NCBI GenBank assembly: GCA_965285935.1
Contig: OZ260661.1
Coordinates: 138,508,001 to 138,572,000 of the forward strand
Length of the DNA stretch: 64,000 nt
Origin: Ophelia neglecta
Lineage: Eukaryota
Reading direction: 5' to 3'
This document shows, one piece after another, positions 15,201-27,862 of this stretch; the stretch's first letter is position 1, and each line of letters opens with the position of its first letter. The notes under the pieces are model-generated. The model searched no databases, had not been told where the DNA came from, and saw nothing but the letters and a program-made list of their open reading frames with translations. A program made the position numbers and the translations under genes.

Positions 15201-18200
15201 ACACATGAATAGAAAATACTTGACCAAGATCAGAATCTTGCTGTGTTGCATCACTCAATTTATTAAATGTATTATATTGGTTATGTTAACGACCAGATTG
15301 AAAAGACTATTGAGGAACCATGTTGTTTTTTGAAGTGATGGTTGATAACATTTCTACCACCAGTGGGGGGAATCTAAGAGCTACTAATGTTATCCACATT
15401 GTTGCTCAACGCGACACAAAATCTTGGAAAAAGGTAAATTTTTAAAGACACATACTGATATCAATTGGTTTATTGGTGTTTAATTCAATTACACTTTTAT
15501 TGCATTTTTTATTTCATAATATTTTAACACAAACTATATACATGTAGCTAAGACGTTAAGAAGGAAATAGTCATCGCACACCACACATCTGGGCACTTGG
15601 TTAATACGTATTATCCATATATTTCTCTCTATGTTGATTTGAAGCAAATTAGTTTCTTGGGTCTGATATGTTTTTAAATTTTAGATGTTGAATTGCGAAT
15701 AATAGAATACTTGCAATACTTTAGTCTGTGTAACTTATGCCGTCTCTTATGATAGATTATTCACAAATTAAATTTAAACCTCCTTAGCATGCTCCCATCA
15801 ATTTTATCAGAATCCAACAACTAGAAACTAATTCTGATTTTTTTAAATTAAACCCATTGCAATTATAAATATTTTCCCTAAACCCTTTGTTTTTGATATG
15901 CATTGGGTCATACGCTTGGCCGCGACCGCCTATTATTTTGCAATAATTTTACAACCATTAGATCTATATTAACTACATTCCACAGGTTTGGTATATTGGC
16001 CTGGAAAATTTGTTTGAAATATGTGGCGTCACCTTAGTACCTATACTATTTCCTCTACAGCAATATGATGTCAAAAGCTTTTGAACAAAATTGCGCAAAA
16101 CATTGGAGCTACGGGGCTGAAATCGTCTTTGAATTTATGGTTTTGGTTTTGGGGGTGGGTGCTACCCTTGGTTTGACAAAAGTGTTTTAGCAACAGTCAT
16201 GTTTACTATCCCTTTTGATTTGTTAACATCTGGTTGCTGAATGGAATAATTAACACTCGTCTTGATAAACAGCTTTATGTTTTAAAGAATCATTCCCTTC
16301 AAAATGCGCGCTTTCTTGTTAATATTGTTGAGGAAAATCAGTTCTAATTAAATTTGAAATAGGTAATAAAGCAATCTTTGGAGGAGGCAGAACGCCAAAG
16401 TTTTAGGAGCCTTACCTTTCCAGCCCTTGGTACAGGTATGTCAACATAATTTGAGATGCATATCATTACGTCACACTGTGTGACACTGCTGCATATTAAT
16501 TTGCTTCACTGTATATGATCTACGGAATGTAATGTACAGAAATCTCATTTGTGATCAATAGTTTATCTTTTCAGGTCAGTTAAAAGCTCAAGGATCTGCA
16601 ATGGCTAGTGTTATGTTGGACAGCATTGCAGCGTTTGCTAAAACCAAACCATCTAGCTTACACCTGGTGAGAATTGTCGTCTACCCGGGACAGTCACACA
16701 TTTTAGACACATTTAGAGAAGAGATCACAAAGAAAGCGACCCATGACAAAATGAGATATTGGTGGAAGTCCTTCAAGGAAGCTGTGTGTTCGTGAAAATA
16801 TTAGATTCTGTAAAATTAAAAAATAGACAATTATGCTAAACGATCAACGATCTTAACTTGCTTATTGTTTATTATTGTGATATTTGTTTATGATTAGCAT
16901 TCTTTATCTTTCTGTGGTTAAGTAGCCGTTTAAGTCACCACCTTTTATTTAGCTGGGATCAATACTAGTTTGACTGATGTAGATATACCCACTCAGTCAT
17001 ATGAACCAAATCAGCGGCTCCCGGCAAGAAGAGTCCCTCCAACTCCCGCACGAGTGACTAAACTGCGTGTGTGCGCAAGAACTATGGTGGAGGTAAACGC
17101 AGTCATAAAGGAGATAGTGGATATGTGTGATCATGAGTGTAAGGACAAGGTCTTGGACAAGACAGATGATCAGGAAAATATTGCTAAACTGGATGAGACA
17201 CAGGTATTGACACGATATACTACGTTGATGTTGTTTTTGAAGATATTTGAAAGTTTTTTGGTGAATTCGAAAGTAAACATAACATTGAGTTTATTTCAAT
17301 ATCCTTTTAACGCTTTACAATGAAACGTATTTATAATTTATTATTGAATTCAATATGCAGATTGCAATAATTAAGGGTCTTGCCCAAACATATGCTGTGG
17401 AAATAAGCATTGAAAAAACACCAACGGTTAAGCGGATCCATTTGCAGGGAATCTCTGAAGATATATCATCCGTTGTGGACAAAATGTATGAAATGTTTAT
17501 GGAAAATAATACAAAGGAACATGCGAAGTCAAAGGCTACCTTGATCAAAAAACAGGTAAACTCGTTTATCTGCTTTATTTCTTTACAACATAACCGTGAT
17601 AAAAAAAGTTCTGATTTATCCACATTCTTTCAAAATATTTCTTTCCTGAAATAGCTCATAGTGATGCAGTTATGCATTAAGTTAACCAATGCAGTGATAT
17701 CAAAGACAATCTTCTTCCAATAGGTTTGTCAGTCAATAAGCTATTGCTGCATGTAATGTAATCGGTATCAAGCATAACGTGTGCCAGGTTTAACAAACAC
17801 TTTCGCACTTTTTCCACTTCCAAAACTACATTTATCGGATCGACATTTTAGAATGGTACATGGACTTGACCAGTGAATATACCAATATACAAGCTTATAT
17901 GTAGAAACATGTACATTCATAAAGCTAACAATGACAAATGATTTTGACATGTATGTACAATTCTATTTTTTCACCAGTTGAATGACATGGTATGATTCTA
18001 ATGACATGTATACTAATTTTATTTCTCCAATGATGTTTCAAGACTTAGTAAGGATGAACCTAACACACATGTTAGACACCTGATTTGACTCATGATCCTG
18101 AAGAGGACGTATCCTTGTTGACACCCGTTTTAACTCCCAAGTTGCTGCTTCGAAATTGTCAACGCCCCCCGCCCCCTTCCCACACACACACACACACACA

Positions 18201-21200
18201 CACAGCCAACTATGTACGGATGCATTCATTCATTTTCATTCGTGACGTTCAAGGTCTGCCATTATACCCTTAGTAAATATACCCTTCATAAACAAATAAT
18301 ACATGGAAGAGGGGTCCCACCACAACATCCCTAAAATGGAGATCTAATTCATTGGGGTACCCACACTAAGCTCAACGTACAAGCCCCTCGCCATCTCCCT
18401 TCGGAAGAAAAATATAATAAAGGAGTTTTACGATGGCATTTATAGCCTAGTATTTTTCTATTTGAAATAATATATAATTGAAGCGTCTGGGTTAAAAATT
18501 GGGGTTAACCAACACGATTTTAATATCCCATGACCAACGCCCTGGTAGTAAACTCATGACCAATGCCCTGGAAGTAAACTCATTTAAAATTCAAATTAAT
18601 CCTTCTTCGGTTTTAATTTTTGCCACCAACATCCATCTTTTGTCTAACATGTGCCAATATCGTCTAGTGTATTGGTCAAGTAAAATGTTAAATTCTAAAA
18701 TTCATTATTCACTTTCTGTTTGATTTACCAATTTGTAATTTATTGTGGTGAAACAGGCTATGTCTGCAATTCTAGTGCATCCTTTATATAATCACATATG
18801 TATGCATTGACAAATTCTTTATAACTATTTGTTGCATTCGTTCTTCAAGTTTTTACTACAACATTACTGTGTTTCTGATCAAGCAATGTTCTTGCTGTGG
18901 TTAATATTCATGTAGTTGATTTGATCACAGGTTCAATGGCACTTTGAGAACAGTGGTGGTTTAGAAGGCTATCCAGAAGAAATTAACTGTAAGATTGAGG
19001 AGGCTTTTGATTCTCAACTGCCTGATGTAGAATGGATAGAGCAGGATGGTGAAAAGTTCAAGATAGACTTCAACGCAATGGTAGAAACCCAGATTGGCCG
19101 TGCTGGTGCGCGCGTTAAAGTTATAAGAGAAGCAAAAGGTCAGTAATAAAGACTTACAATCAATAAGTAAGTTTCTTGGAAAAAGGTTTAGCATGATATG
19201 TCTAAACTTGTGCGCTGTCAATGCTCAGATCGAAAGTTGTGGCCATGGATATTAAATAAAAATATATTTTAGGAATTACATTCCGGTGTTACATGTTCTG
19301 AGCTTCACTGCTGTCATGGACGCTAGTTTTGATCAACCTTTTTCGGCAGTTTTTTAATTATACTGATTGCAGCTTCAGAGCATCAATCACCTTCTCTGAT
19401 AGTATTTTTTCTGGTTTTGGTTGGCAAACAAGGAACATTCAAAATATCTATAAACTAACCCTATAATTCACACTGCCTTCCGAGTTATCAGCTCATTTGT
19501 GTGTATGATTCCATAGACTGCCAAAGAGGGCTTCATTGCCCTGTAATACCACGTGTTACTTAGTTTTGTTTTCAACAGAAATAATCCAAACTTGGAAATA
19601 AAATTTAATGGGAAAACAAAATAACAGTCGATACATGCCGCTTAGCGCTAACGATGTATTGAAGGTATATAGGAAATGCTTTATTAAGGTTTTCTTGGTA
19701 TTGTCAAATGTGACTTTGGACATTTTCAAGGTAAAAAGTAGGAAAGAAGGACAGAAAATGATTGGAAATTGTCTTTGCATGATTTTACAAAGACTTACCC
19801 CGTTATTTACATGTTCAGTGTTTTATAATAGAAAACCCTCTGTTTAGAATAGGATGAAGCGTATTTAAAGTAAGCAGTAACGTCTCCTTATGAGAATGTA
19901 GTTTTCAAAGTTTTCATAGTAGGTCCCAGTTTAGAAAAAAACGGGGAGAATGCGTAGCTTCAGCTGCTTATATTTCATCGGTGTGTATATATATATATAC
20001 AGATGGCCTTTACCATTTTATAGTTTTAATGGGGTCGACCCGTTTTCTATTTGAATCCGCCTCTCATATAATAGTCAGTGGTAGAGGTGGAGATTTGCAG
20101 GGAAATTTATTTTTTAATATTTTACATTAATTGTGGAAAATGTTCCCAATCTTGTATAATCCCCGAAGATATGTTAAACTAAGGATGAATTTCATTATTG
20201 TACAGATTATAGATATAGGTAAGACATATCTCCCATATTAATTTTCTCTATACCACCATGTTTTACATCCATTGAACATCCTCATGACTAGGCTTTTAGA
20301 TCTAGCCAACAAATGTCAGCATTGGATGCATTGCAGGAGCATGCTTTCCCGTGCCTTTGAACATGCCTGTACTGCATTTTTCATGTTACAGCCTCGCAAG
20401 CAGTTACAGCCTCGTAAGCAGTTTTATGTTGTTCTAGAAGTAACAGTTTAATCATATGGTTTCAGAGCTATCCTCACCTCCCTACTGATAGCTTTTAAGT
20501 GAAGACTTTTCAGGATGTTGACTGTACTGGCATCATTGCAAATAACCCCGAGTCAAAACAAATGTGCATTCAAACACATGATATGTATGAGATATCCTTA
20601 AGACATATTTGCGAAAACAACTTCATTTTTTTGTATATGCGATAAACTTTGTTTAAACGGACAACCTATTCATCATTGAAAATCCTTTTCCTAGCCCCCG
20701 CCTTTCTGGAGAAATGTTTGGGGGGGGGGGGGGGGAAATATTGGGCCATGACCTCTGCCACCACGCATATGATAATAAATCGATAGCTTTATTGCAATTG
20801 AACATAATTTGTTACTGCTAGTAAATATCAGCATAAATTATTTAACATATGACAATGCCGTTGTATTGTCAGATTTTCTAATAACCACTACACAGTAAGT
20901 TTAAATAAGCACATTAAGTTTTTGGTACAGATATTAATTAGATAATTAAGTTTTTTTTAAGATTTTTATATCTTTCTTTCAAGTCGGTTCATTAATGTAC
21001 TTTTAATGTCCTGTTTGCCATAATAATGGTATGTAATATAAATCACGCAATGAACAACAAGCTATAATCATTTTCATCATTAGACCATATACCAGTGCAA
21101 CTGAAAATTTATCTGCATCTTTCAACAACAAGAAAATGAAATAAAATCAATTTTAGTTGTGGAGGCCAATAATATTAGAGCAGCATTGTGCTCTCAAATT

Positions 21201-22370
21201 GCAGGAGGTGTTGTGGAAATACCGCCAAACTGGACCACAGTCGACCCAAACAAGCATTTTGAACTAGTGGCTCTTCAGAAAACTTCTGCTGAGTACCAAG
21301 ATGTGAAGGGTAAACTGAAGGCTACTGCTGGAGGGCACATCAACAAAATAATTAATGTAAGTAAAGCATCCACCCAAAATAATATAAATTGATAAAAACA
21401 TGACATTCGATCAAACTCATTTGTTTAATGTAATTTATCCTCTGATATAACATTTACTAAGTATTAAGCACAATAACATTTTATCAAACAGATCGAGAGG
21501 GTTCAGAACACCAGCTTGTTCAAGCAGTATGCCTTGCATAAGAAAAGCATGATGAAAGTCAACCCAACGGGAAATGTTGAGAATATCCTCTGGCATGGCA
21601 CCAGTGCCGACACTTTAGAAAGCATCAACAGATATGGTTTCAATAGGAGTTACTGTGGAAAAAATGGTACTTGCTATAATTGATACCTTGTATGAGAACT
21701 ATAATGGCATTTGGGATCTCTTTCTTCCAAAGGCTAAGTAATAATAATTTTACATTAAACACCCAATTGATGCAGTGTTATTTTTAAACTATTATATAGA
21801 AAGAATAATTGCCTGCAAGCCTGTATTGTTTTAAGTCGTCAGGTTTCAAAAACTGCAAAAAAGGATACGCATATATGGCACTTGTCTTCATTTTAATGCA
21901 GGACAATCGAGATTATTTCTTTATAATTTATGATTTATTATTTCAATAGTTTGGTGTTTACAAACAAAAGATCAAATCTGCTTAAAGAACAAAGCTTAAT
22001 GTTGTAGCATATGGATTATTCTAGGGTAGACTGTGATACTGTTCAATCATAAACCAGTTGCTGCTCTTTACAAGTTTTATTTTTTGCAGCCGTACTCCTT
22101 GGTAACGGAGTATACTTTGCCAAGAACGCATCCTACTCGTGTTCCAGTAAGTATTCTCGTCCTGATCCTAATACCGGCCATAAGCACATTTATATGTGTA
22201 AAGTGCTGACAGGAGACATTGCTAAGGGGGCTGGTGGAATGAAAGTTCCTCCAGTAAAATCTGCATCAATCCTGTATGACTCCGTTGTGGATAATGTTAG
22301 TAACCCATCAATGTATGTGATATTTAATGATACCCAGGCTTATCCTGAATACCATATCACATTTTCATAA
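1..22370 (+). CDS. PARP14: PARP14-like mono-ADP-ribosyltransferase, copy A (5'-partial, 23 exons, ~1470 aa in window): RRM-KH block-macro-macro-KH-WWE-ART
   Basis: Hand-spliced GT-AG exons with consistent phases: <1-225, 488-951, 2142-2282, 2463-3291, 3613-3756, 3879-3953, 5321-5427, 6917-7009, 8840-8971, 9428-9512, 11578-11702, 13063-13180, 14715-14885, 15130-15195, 15336-15433, 16363-16435, 16575-16787, 16953-17203, 17361-17555, 18931-19138, 21205-21356, 21492-21666, 22090-22370 (TAA). The joined frame is open. Motifs: YFENERRSGGGPI, FPAIGTG, GDITQESTDAIINST, LWHGT, GFNRSYCGKN, GVYFA, QAYPEY. The symbol means PARP14-like; strict orthology is not established. Confidence 0.9.
488..3756 (+). 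CDS. Copy A exons encoding the central KH-like repeat block (488-951, 2142-2282, 2463-3291, 3613-3756)
   Basis: ORFs 502-1005 and 2490-3317 plus two small in-phase exons. They lie between the RRMs and macrodomains, as in PARP14, and end in the PARP14-like ...DVNKPGMGKYF motif. The KH assignment rests on position and alpha/beta pattern, not on a profile search. Confidence 0.75.
4140..5188. mobile_element. HINE/DINE-1-like non-autonomous element in a copy A intron
   Basis: Subterminal inverted repeats CCTCCGCC / GGCGGAGG, a nearby 5' inverted GGAGG, a (GTCC)n microsatellite, and ggtcaaattgag repeats. Confidence 0.55.
5321..11702 (+). CDS. Copy A macrodomain I (5 exons)
   Basis: Spliced: VLVTLAIGGIELQK|VDVIVNTTSRNIDGKSGVSRAMFNAAGPGLQ|LETRQCVPLNPGSIAVTSGQNLQCKHIYHV...|...SIAFPAIGTG|NNNVPRDKCAELL...VRFVIYD. 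All macrodomain motifs are in the expected order. Confidence 0.88.
10152..10243 (+). mobile_element. Residual 5' stub of the same L2 LINE in copy A
   Basis: Encodes WMEVNMLKLNQDKTEIMFF and aligns to B ~54925-55020, after which homology breaks. Confidence 0.7.
12560..12990. repeat. Interspersed repeat with recurring AAAGGTCAAGGTC units (also B ~58900-59340)
   Basis: Three roughly 130-150-bp subunits ending in aaaggtcaagg. The family was not identified. Confidence 0.5.
14715..16787 (+). CDS. Copy A macrodomain II (5 exons)
   Basis: Spliced: LQLELGDITQESTDAIINSTDKSIDLTM|GGVANALAKAGG...|...TTSGGNLRATNVIHIV...|...SLTFPALGTG|...VRIVVY. Confidence 0.9.
18181..18204. repeat. (CA)n microsatellite
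   Basis: cacacacacacacacacacacaca. Confidence 0.95.
18931..19138 (+). CDS. Copy A WWE-domain exon
   Basis: VQWHFENSGGLEGYPEEINCKIEEAFDSQLPDVEWIEQDGEKFKIDFNAMVETQIGRAGARVKVIREAK matches the WWE pattern (W...Y..E....IEEA....IDF..M). CAG acceptor and GTCAGT donor. Absent from the ORF track. Confidence 0.85.
21205..22370 (+). CDS. Copy A PARP catalytic (ART) domain, 3 exons
   Basis: IPPNW...SAEYQDV...|IERVQNTSLFKQY...LWHGTSADTLESINRYGFNRSYCGKN|AVLLGNGVYFAKNASYS...KVLTG...YDSVVDNVSNPSMYVIFNDTQAYPEYHITFS*. Confidence 0.95.
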
Positions 22371-24149
22371 GATGCGCTAATTGATAACAGGCTTTTGTTA
22401 CTACTTGGCACTGTAGTTCTTATACGCCTTAGTACTTACAGTAGAGAAAGCATATTCAATCAGACCAGTATATTTGTCATCAATTGAATGTTATTATGTA
22501 TCAACTGAAACATGTGTTTGAATGTTTAATACCTTTAAAACTTTGCACATATTCATACGGGAATTGTAAGTCATTTTCTTCCTTTAAAGGAAAAAATATA
22601 TATATAAGATTATTAAAGGAAAAATAAATCAGATTATTAAAGGAAAAATATATTAAATATATTAGAGTAATAATCAAGTGCAGATTTTAAATGGTACTTT
22701 AGTATGTTAGTTATATTACATTGTCTCTTGGATAATTCGTGATGCAAACTAGTGTTTTCCTTCCTTTATTACTATTTTTAAAGACTGTTCAAATACATGT
22801 TCATTTGGCGATAATTTTCTAGTTGTGCTATATTGATGTTTACTGTAGATATATATCCTATCACTATCCTCTAACATGGGCTGGGGATAACACATGTTGA
22901 AATTCCAGTGATTTGCTACTTGTTGACATTTGTAAAGTATCCTTTGTGCCAAATCCCTTTATTTAAAACTGATGGTAAATAAATGCCTATAATCTATGAA
23001 GTTGTCTTAATAACATAATATGAACTAGACATTATTAGAATTTGGATCAATTACGTTTGAAAACAAACCAGCATCGCAATATGTTTGAAAAATAAAATGC
23101 TGGATAGGCATCCAAAGTTAGCTTTAATTTCTTTATAGCTTATTGTATGTAGTATAAATAATCCTGTTGCTTAGTAGTTAGACATTGTTTCTAAATCAGG
23201 AGTGTGGTTTGGGGGGGGGGGGGGGCGGGCTATTGGTTTATGTATATGTGCCTATGTTTTCTGGTTTAATTTGAGTACAGTTAATGTTCAGTTGGTATTT
23301 CGCCAATTTTGCAATTTTTTTGACTTGGGAAATTTAATGTTGACAAATAAATAAAAATGCTCTAGATGTCGTACTGGCAGTAGAAGCTCGATTTTAATAT
23401 CAGTAAAAAAACATATATTCTAAATTTACGAAACAAAATTCCCAAGACCTTACTTTACTTTACAGTATGGTAGGTCCTCTCATTATTGGCTCTTGTTAAA
23501 TTGATTGAGACATTATTCAATGCTATTTTGTGTACAATACAGTGCTGGATTAATTGTTGACAGTACTTAGATTAGTCTATGTCACTTCAATATCCATCTA
23601 CCTTTTTGTAACCTTGTGGTACATTTCTTATTTTATTTATCTTATCGGATACAAGGAAAAAGGATAATTTTCGGTAAAAGATAATAATTATACCTGAGAC
23701 AGCATGGCTTTATCAAAATGAACAAGATGTGATGAAATGCTGTAACTCGAAACGTTCTAGATTATTAGATATTAGATTTGTTCAGCACTTGTATTCACCA
23801 GTAAATATTGAGCAAACAGCTTTTTTTATAATCCTGAATATATTAAACTGGAAGTGAATGTAGTAAATTTTCAAATTAATTGTACACAAATAAAAATGTG
23901 AATCTAGAATTTAATTCTGAAATCCAAATTGTTACTTGTATATATCGATTTCTGGATCTCATTATTTCTTTATAATTGATAAATTCATGGACAAGTCATT
24001 TATATTGCTTAAGAGTAAACATAATCATTTCAAGATCGGGCTAGGAAAAGTTGGTAAATATGATTACATCAACGGATGAAAGATAAAGAAAAGATGAAAA
24101 TTGCGGCTTTCCAGTAAATGCTGCTGCTGCTACTACAACAACTACTACT

Positions 24150-24316
24150 NNNNNNNNNNNNNNNNNNNNNNNNNNNNNNNNNNNNNNNNNNNNNNNNNNN
24201 NNNNNNNNNNNNNNNNNNNNNNNNNNNNNNNNNNNNNNNNNNNNNNNNNNNNNNNNNNNNNNNNNNNNNNNNNNNNNNNNNNNNNNNNNNNNNNNNNNNN
24301 NNNNNNNNNNNNNNNN
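24150..24316. other. Assembly gap (167 N), preceded by a (CTG/CTA/CAA)n microsatellite
   Basis: N run; left flank ctgctgctgctactacaacaactactact. Confidence 0.99.
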
Positions 24317-26069
24317 GGAACTCTGCTTCCTGATTTGCAAACTCTCAAGGCGGGAATGCCCTCAACCTTAACATTACCAAAAGTCCACCAGTGGTACTTA
24401 GCTAAAAGCGACTCTGTCCCTTCAATTTTCTTTGAAGGGATATATACAGTGAACCGCTGTCCGGTTCATTTTCTTGCTTTGCTTCTATCAGATTGACTTT
24501 CATCAAATTCCTGTAAATCAGTGAATATTTCTAAATATTTGGCATTGTCATCAGGGATTTGCTTAAAGGATTCAAACTCTTGTATTCGCAGTGCAAATAG
24601 TCTGCGCTGTCCACCATATTTACGTTCAAGGATTTTCTTGACATAAACACAGCGTTCCATGATTCGTAGTTCTTTTTGTTACCATTGATTGTTGTTATGC
24701 TTACGCTGCGTAGTTGTCTCCACAAGTCTTCTCCAATCTCGTGCGGCAGATTCTGCCTGTGATCGTGGTTCACCAATGCCGTTGATTGGAATCGACTGGT
24801 ATAGTCTGGGTAGACCGATGACATGTGTCCCATGTGTGCGGAATGAGACACTAACGATGGCTTTCCTATTGTATTTGATGAGAAAGACGACATCGCAATC
24901 ATATTTTTTGCAGAACACATGGAGTGTGTCGAACCGGAAGTAAAGCTTCCGGTGTAATTAAATAAAGAGGATGCACGAACGACGATTGCTGCTCAGCAGA
25001 TTAGACGATTTGTTGGTAAAGAGGAAGCGACGATGTTTACACTGTCGAAGTTGGTGCATCATGAGACGAGAAAAGCAATGGCTGCATAAGAGGTGTCCGC
25101 TGCATTAAAGGTGTACTAATCAGTAAACATCAAGAAAGTAGTATCAGGCTCAGACGGCGTCTGTATATACCTATGTGCTGACTTGACCTAGTGGAATGAA
25201 CCATGGTTTGAACTGAAAGCTGCTTTTACCCTGAGTTGTCCAAACGAAACGAAGACGCCTGCCATACCAAAAGGTAAAGGCGAAGATGAAGATACCTCTG
25301 GCATGGTTTTCACTGACTGTGATTCAAGGTGTCTATCTAGCTGTCCGTTTTTCCTGACTTTTAACCCATTAGTTCTGTTTTGTAGTGACTGCCCTACTTC
25401 CGACGATTTTCTCTGCATTGATCACTCGAATGCTATAAGGTTCTGCTCTATTTTTCGCTCAATAGTTGAAATTTGCCTCCTACCGTCTTCAACAGCATAA
25501 GCAGTAGAGTTGATAGCTGCTTCCCGCTGCGGCCGTATGGGGCCGCCTTTACGATGTTTGTACAATGATTATAACTGTCAGCCCGCTCTGATACTTCGTT
25601 TGCCCTAAATTCTACCTTCAAGAACTCTCTTTCTATTCTTTCCATTTCATCAGCGATTTCTTGGGAGCGCAAAACATCAGCCTGAATTATAGATTACTCA
25701 CGTTACTGTCCCCTTATTTCCATTACATGGCCATTAAAAGTCGCTCACTGCACTCCGAGCCGGCAAGTCAGATTCCAACAGCTGAATGAGCGAATTCTTC
25801 GTCGAGTAAAGCGACCTTTAGCCACCGACTTACTTCTTTTCAAAGTTGTGTCCATCTTCAATCCAACCACGCTCTGCTACCATTAATGTTCCGCTGATAA
25901 TGTCTGGTTTTGACGGAGATAAAAAACGAAGCCTGACAAAAACGAAGCCTGACAAAAACGAAGCCAACTTTGCACAACAAATTTATTTCATCCAACTCTC
26001 AACTCACAATGCCTCCGCAATTCTCAATATCACGAGGCCCCTCTAGGGCGTTACCCCTAGCAACTAACA
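24317..26069 (-). mobile_element. Degenerate BEL/Pao LTR retrotransposon, 5' part (LTR, PBS, broken gag)
   Basis: Minus-strand peptides LWRQLRSVSITTINGNKKNYESWNAVF and KILERKYGGQRRLFALRIQEFESFKQI resemble Pao gag (DUF1759 type). PBS TGGTAGCAGAGCGTGGTT at 25882-25865 is complementary to the initiator tRNA-Met 3' end. Candidate LTR TGTT...AACA at 26069-25887 has an AATAAA and 16-bp internal repeats. The element is cut by the gap. Confidence 0.75.
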
Positions 26070-26812
26070 TCTAGACATGAAAACAATAGCCGAACTACTA
26101 TTATGTTATTTTAACTATTTAACATACAAGTTAATGATATAACTTCTCTAGAGAGAGTATTGAGATATGTATGCTGCGATGCAACTAATGTTATCAGATT
26201 TAATATTGACCTAATTTTCGAAGGTTACATCAAGAAAACCAAGATTTCCGCTTTATTAAGCAGACAGAAAATAGAAAAGCATTGACAGCTTATAAAATGC
26301 CAACGTTCGCGTTTCTGCAAGGTTGTAAAACTTGTCCTAAATCTGTACTTTCAAAGTCAAATATTATATATCTTGCGCTCCGACCTTTTTATGTGTGGAC
26401 TCTATGACAGAGCTTGTGTTTCAAAACTCTTTTGCCCCGTTGATGCTCGAAAACGACCAAACCTGGTCTGGAAATTTTACAGGTAGGTAAAGCTAAATGG
26501 TTTAGTTTGTGAGATTAATTTTAATGGTGATGTGATACCAGTTATAATCTTTCCCATGAGAATAATTCCATTGCCATGTTGGTAAGTCAGATTGCTCTCC
26601 AAGAACAAGGGGACGGTAAATACATTAGAATCGTGATATTTTGTCCTTTATGCTAGAGCCTCGCGCCATCTTGTAACCTTACAAGAAACCACATGTTGTA
26701 CATTTTATCAAGTTGTCAAATTGGACCTTGTAGTGCTATTTAATGGCCAAAACATGATTTTACTTTTCATGATCTAGAGCCTAGCATTACCTTTTGATCT
26801 GATTAGAAATCA

Positions 26813-27183
26813 CATTGTGCATATCTAATTAATACTAAACATTTAATTTCTTAACTTTCAAAGTTAATACTTTGTTGGAGCCTGTAAAGCCTATATCAAC
26901 ATTGGGAGTTTACAAGGAACCACATAATGACCAGAACAAATTCAATGGCAGCATTTTATAGATTACTAATTGAATCGATCAACAGTTTCTTTCCGTACAT
27001 TATGCATATCTAATTAATACTTCACATTTAATTTCTTAACTCTCAAAGTTAATACTTTGTTGGAGCCTGTAAAGCCTATATCAACATTGGGAGTTTAGAA
27101 GAAACCACACAATGACCAGAACAAATTCAATGGCAGCATTTTATAGAATACTAATTGAATCGATCAACAGTTTCTTTCCGTAC
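26813..27183. repeat. Tandem duplication, 2 x 185 bp
   Basis: catt(g/a)tgcatatctaattaatact...cagtttctttccgtac at 26813 and 26998, with few substitutions. Confidence 0.92.
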
Positions 27184-27862
27184 GGTGATTTTTCACAGGC
27201 TTCTTCCAAGCAAGTCCGAGGTAAAGGCGAGGAAAGGAGCAAATTTATGGACACCATTAATACAGATAAGGGACTATCACGGCTAGGCGATTTAACAGCG
27301 GACCTAAACTTCCCCGAGTGGTGATGGGAATAGGTTATATTGGTAGAATTTCGTGCTGTATTCCCATATAAATCAAAATTGTTACTAATTAAATCAAATT
27401 AAGGCACTTTGGTGTATCTGTATTAGGGTCGCCATCTGTCTGTCTGTCTGTCTTTCTGTTTGTCTGTCTGCCCCACAAGGACCACGAACACACCTAATAA
27501 GGAATCACGCTCTGTGAGGAATTGAGAAACAATTTTAGCAAGCTAGCAACTCCTGATAAAGACCAAAAGTATGACAAAATTAAAATGAGGCAGAACGGAT
27601 GGTAAAGAAAATGGAAGCAAGTACAACAACAAACAGTTGTCCATTCTTAGATTCACTAATAACCAGAAATAGAGAAAATTATAAAAAGATAGGACTCGGA
27701 AAATCCGGTGGCTGGGACAATGTCGATCACGAGCGTGTAAAGTACGGCCGAGAATGGATTAATATAGCAGCCACAATCTCAATGAATATTGTAATTAACA
27801 GTGGTTTCTTGCCAAACTGCGATTCTGCTACACAAAGGCGGGGGAAAACCAATCAAGAACAT

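Noticed and set aside
22620-23900. Several AATAAA hexamers after the copy A stop codon
   Set aside because: The real poly(A) signal cannot be chosen without transcript data.
24041-24496. ORFs containing X runs
   Set aside because: Artefacts of translating through the N gap.
24933-24953. Hairpin ACCGGAAG-taaag-CTTCCGGT
   Set aside because: Only an 8-bp stem inside a retrotransposon remnant, with no support for function.
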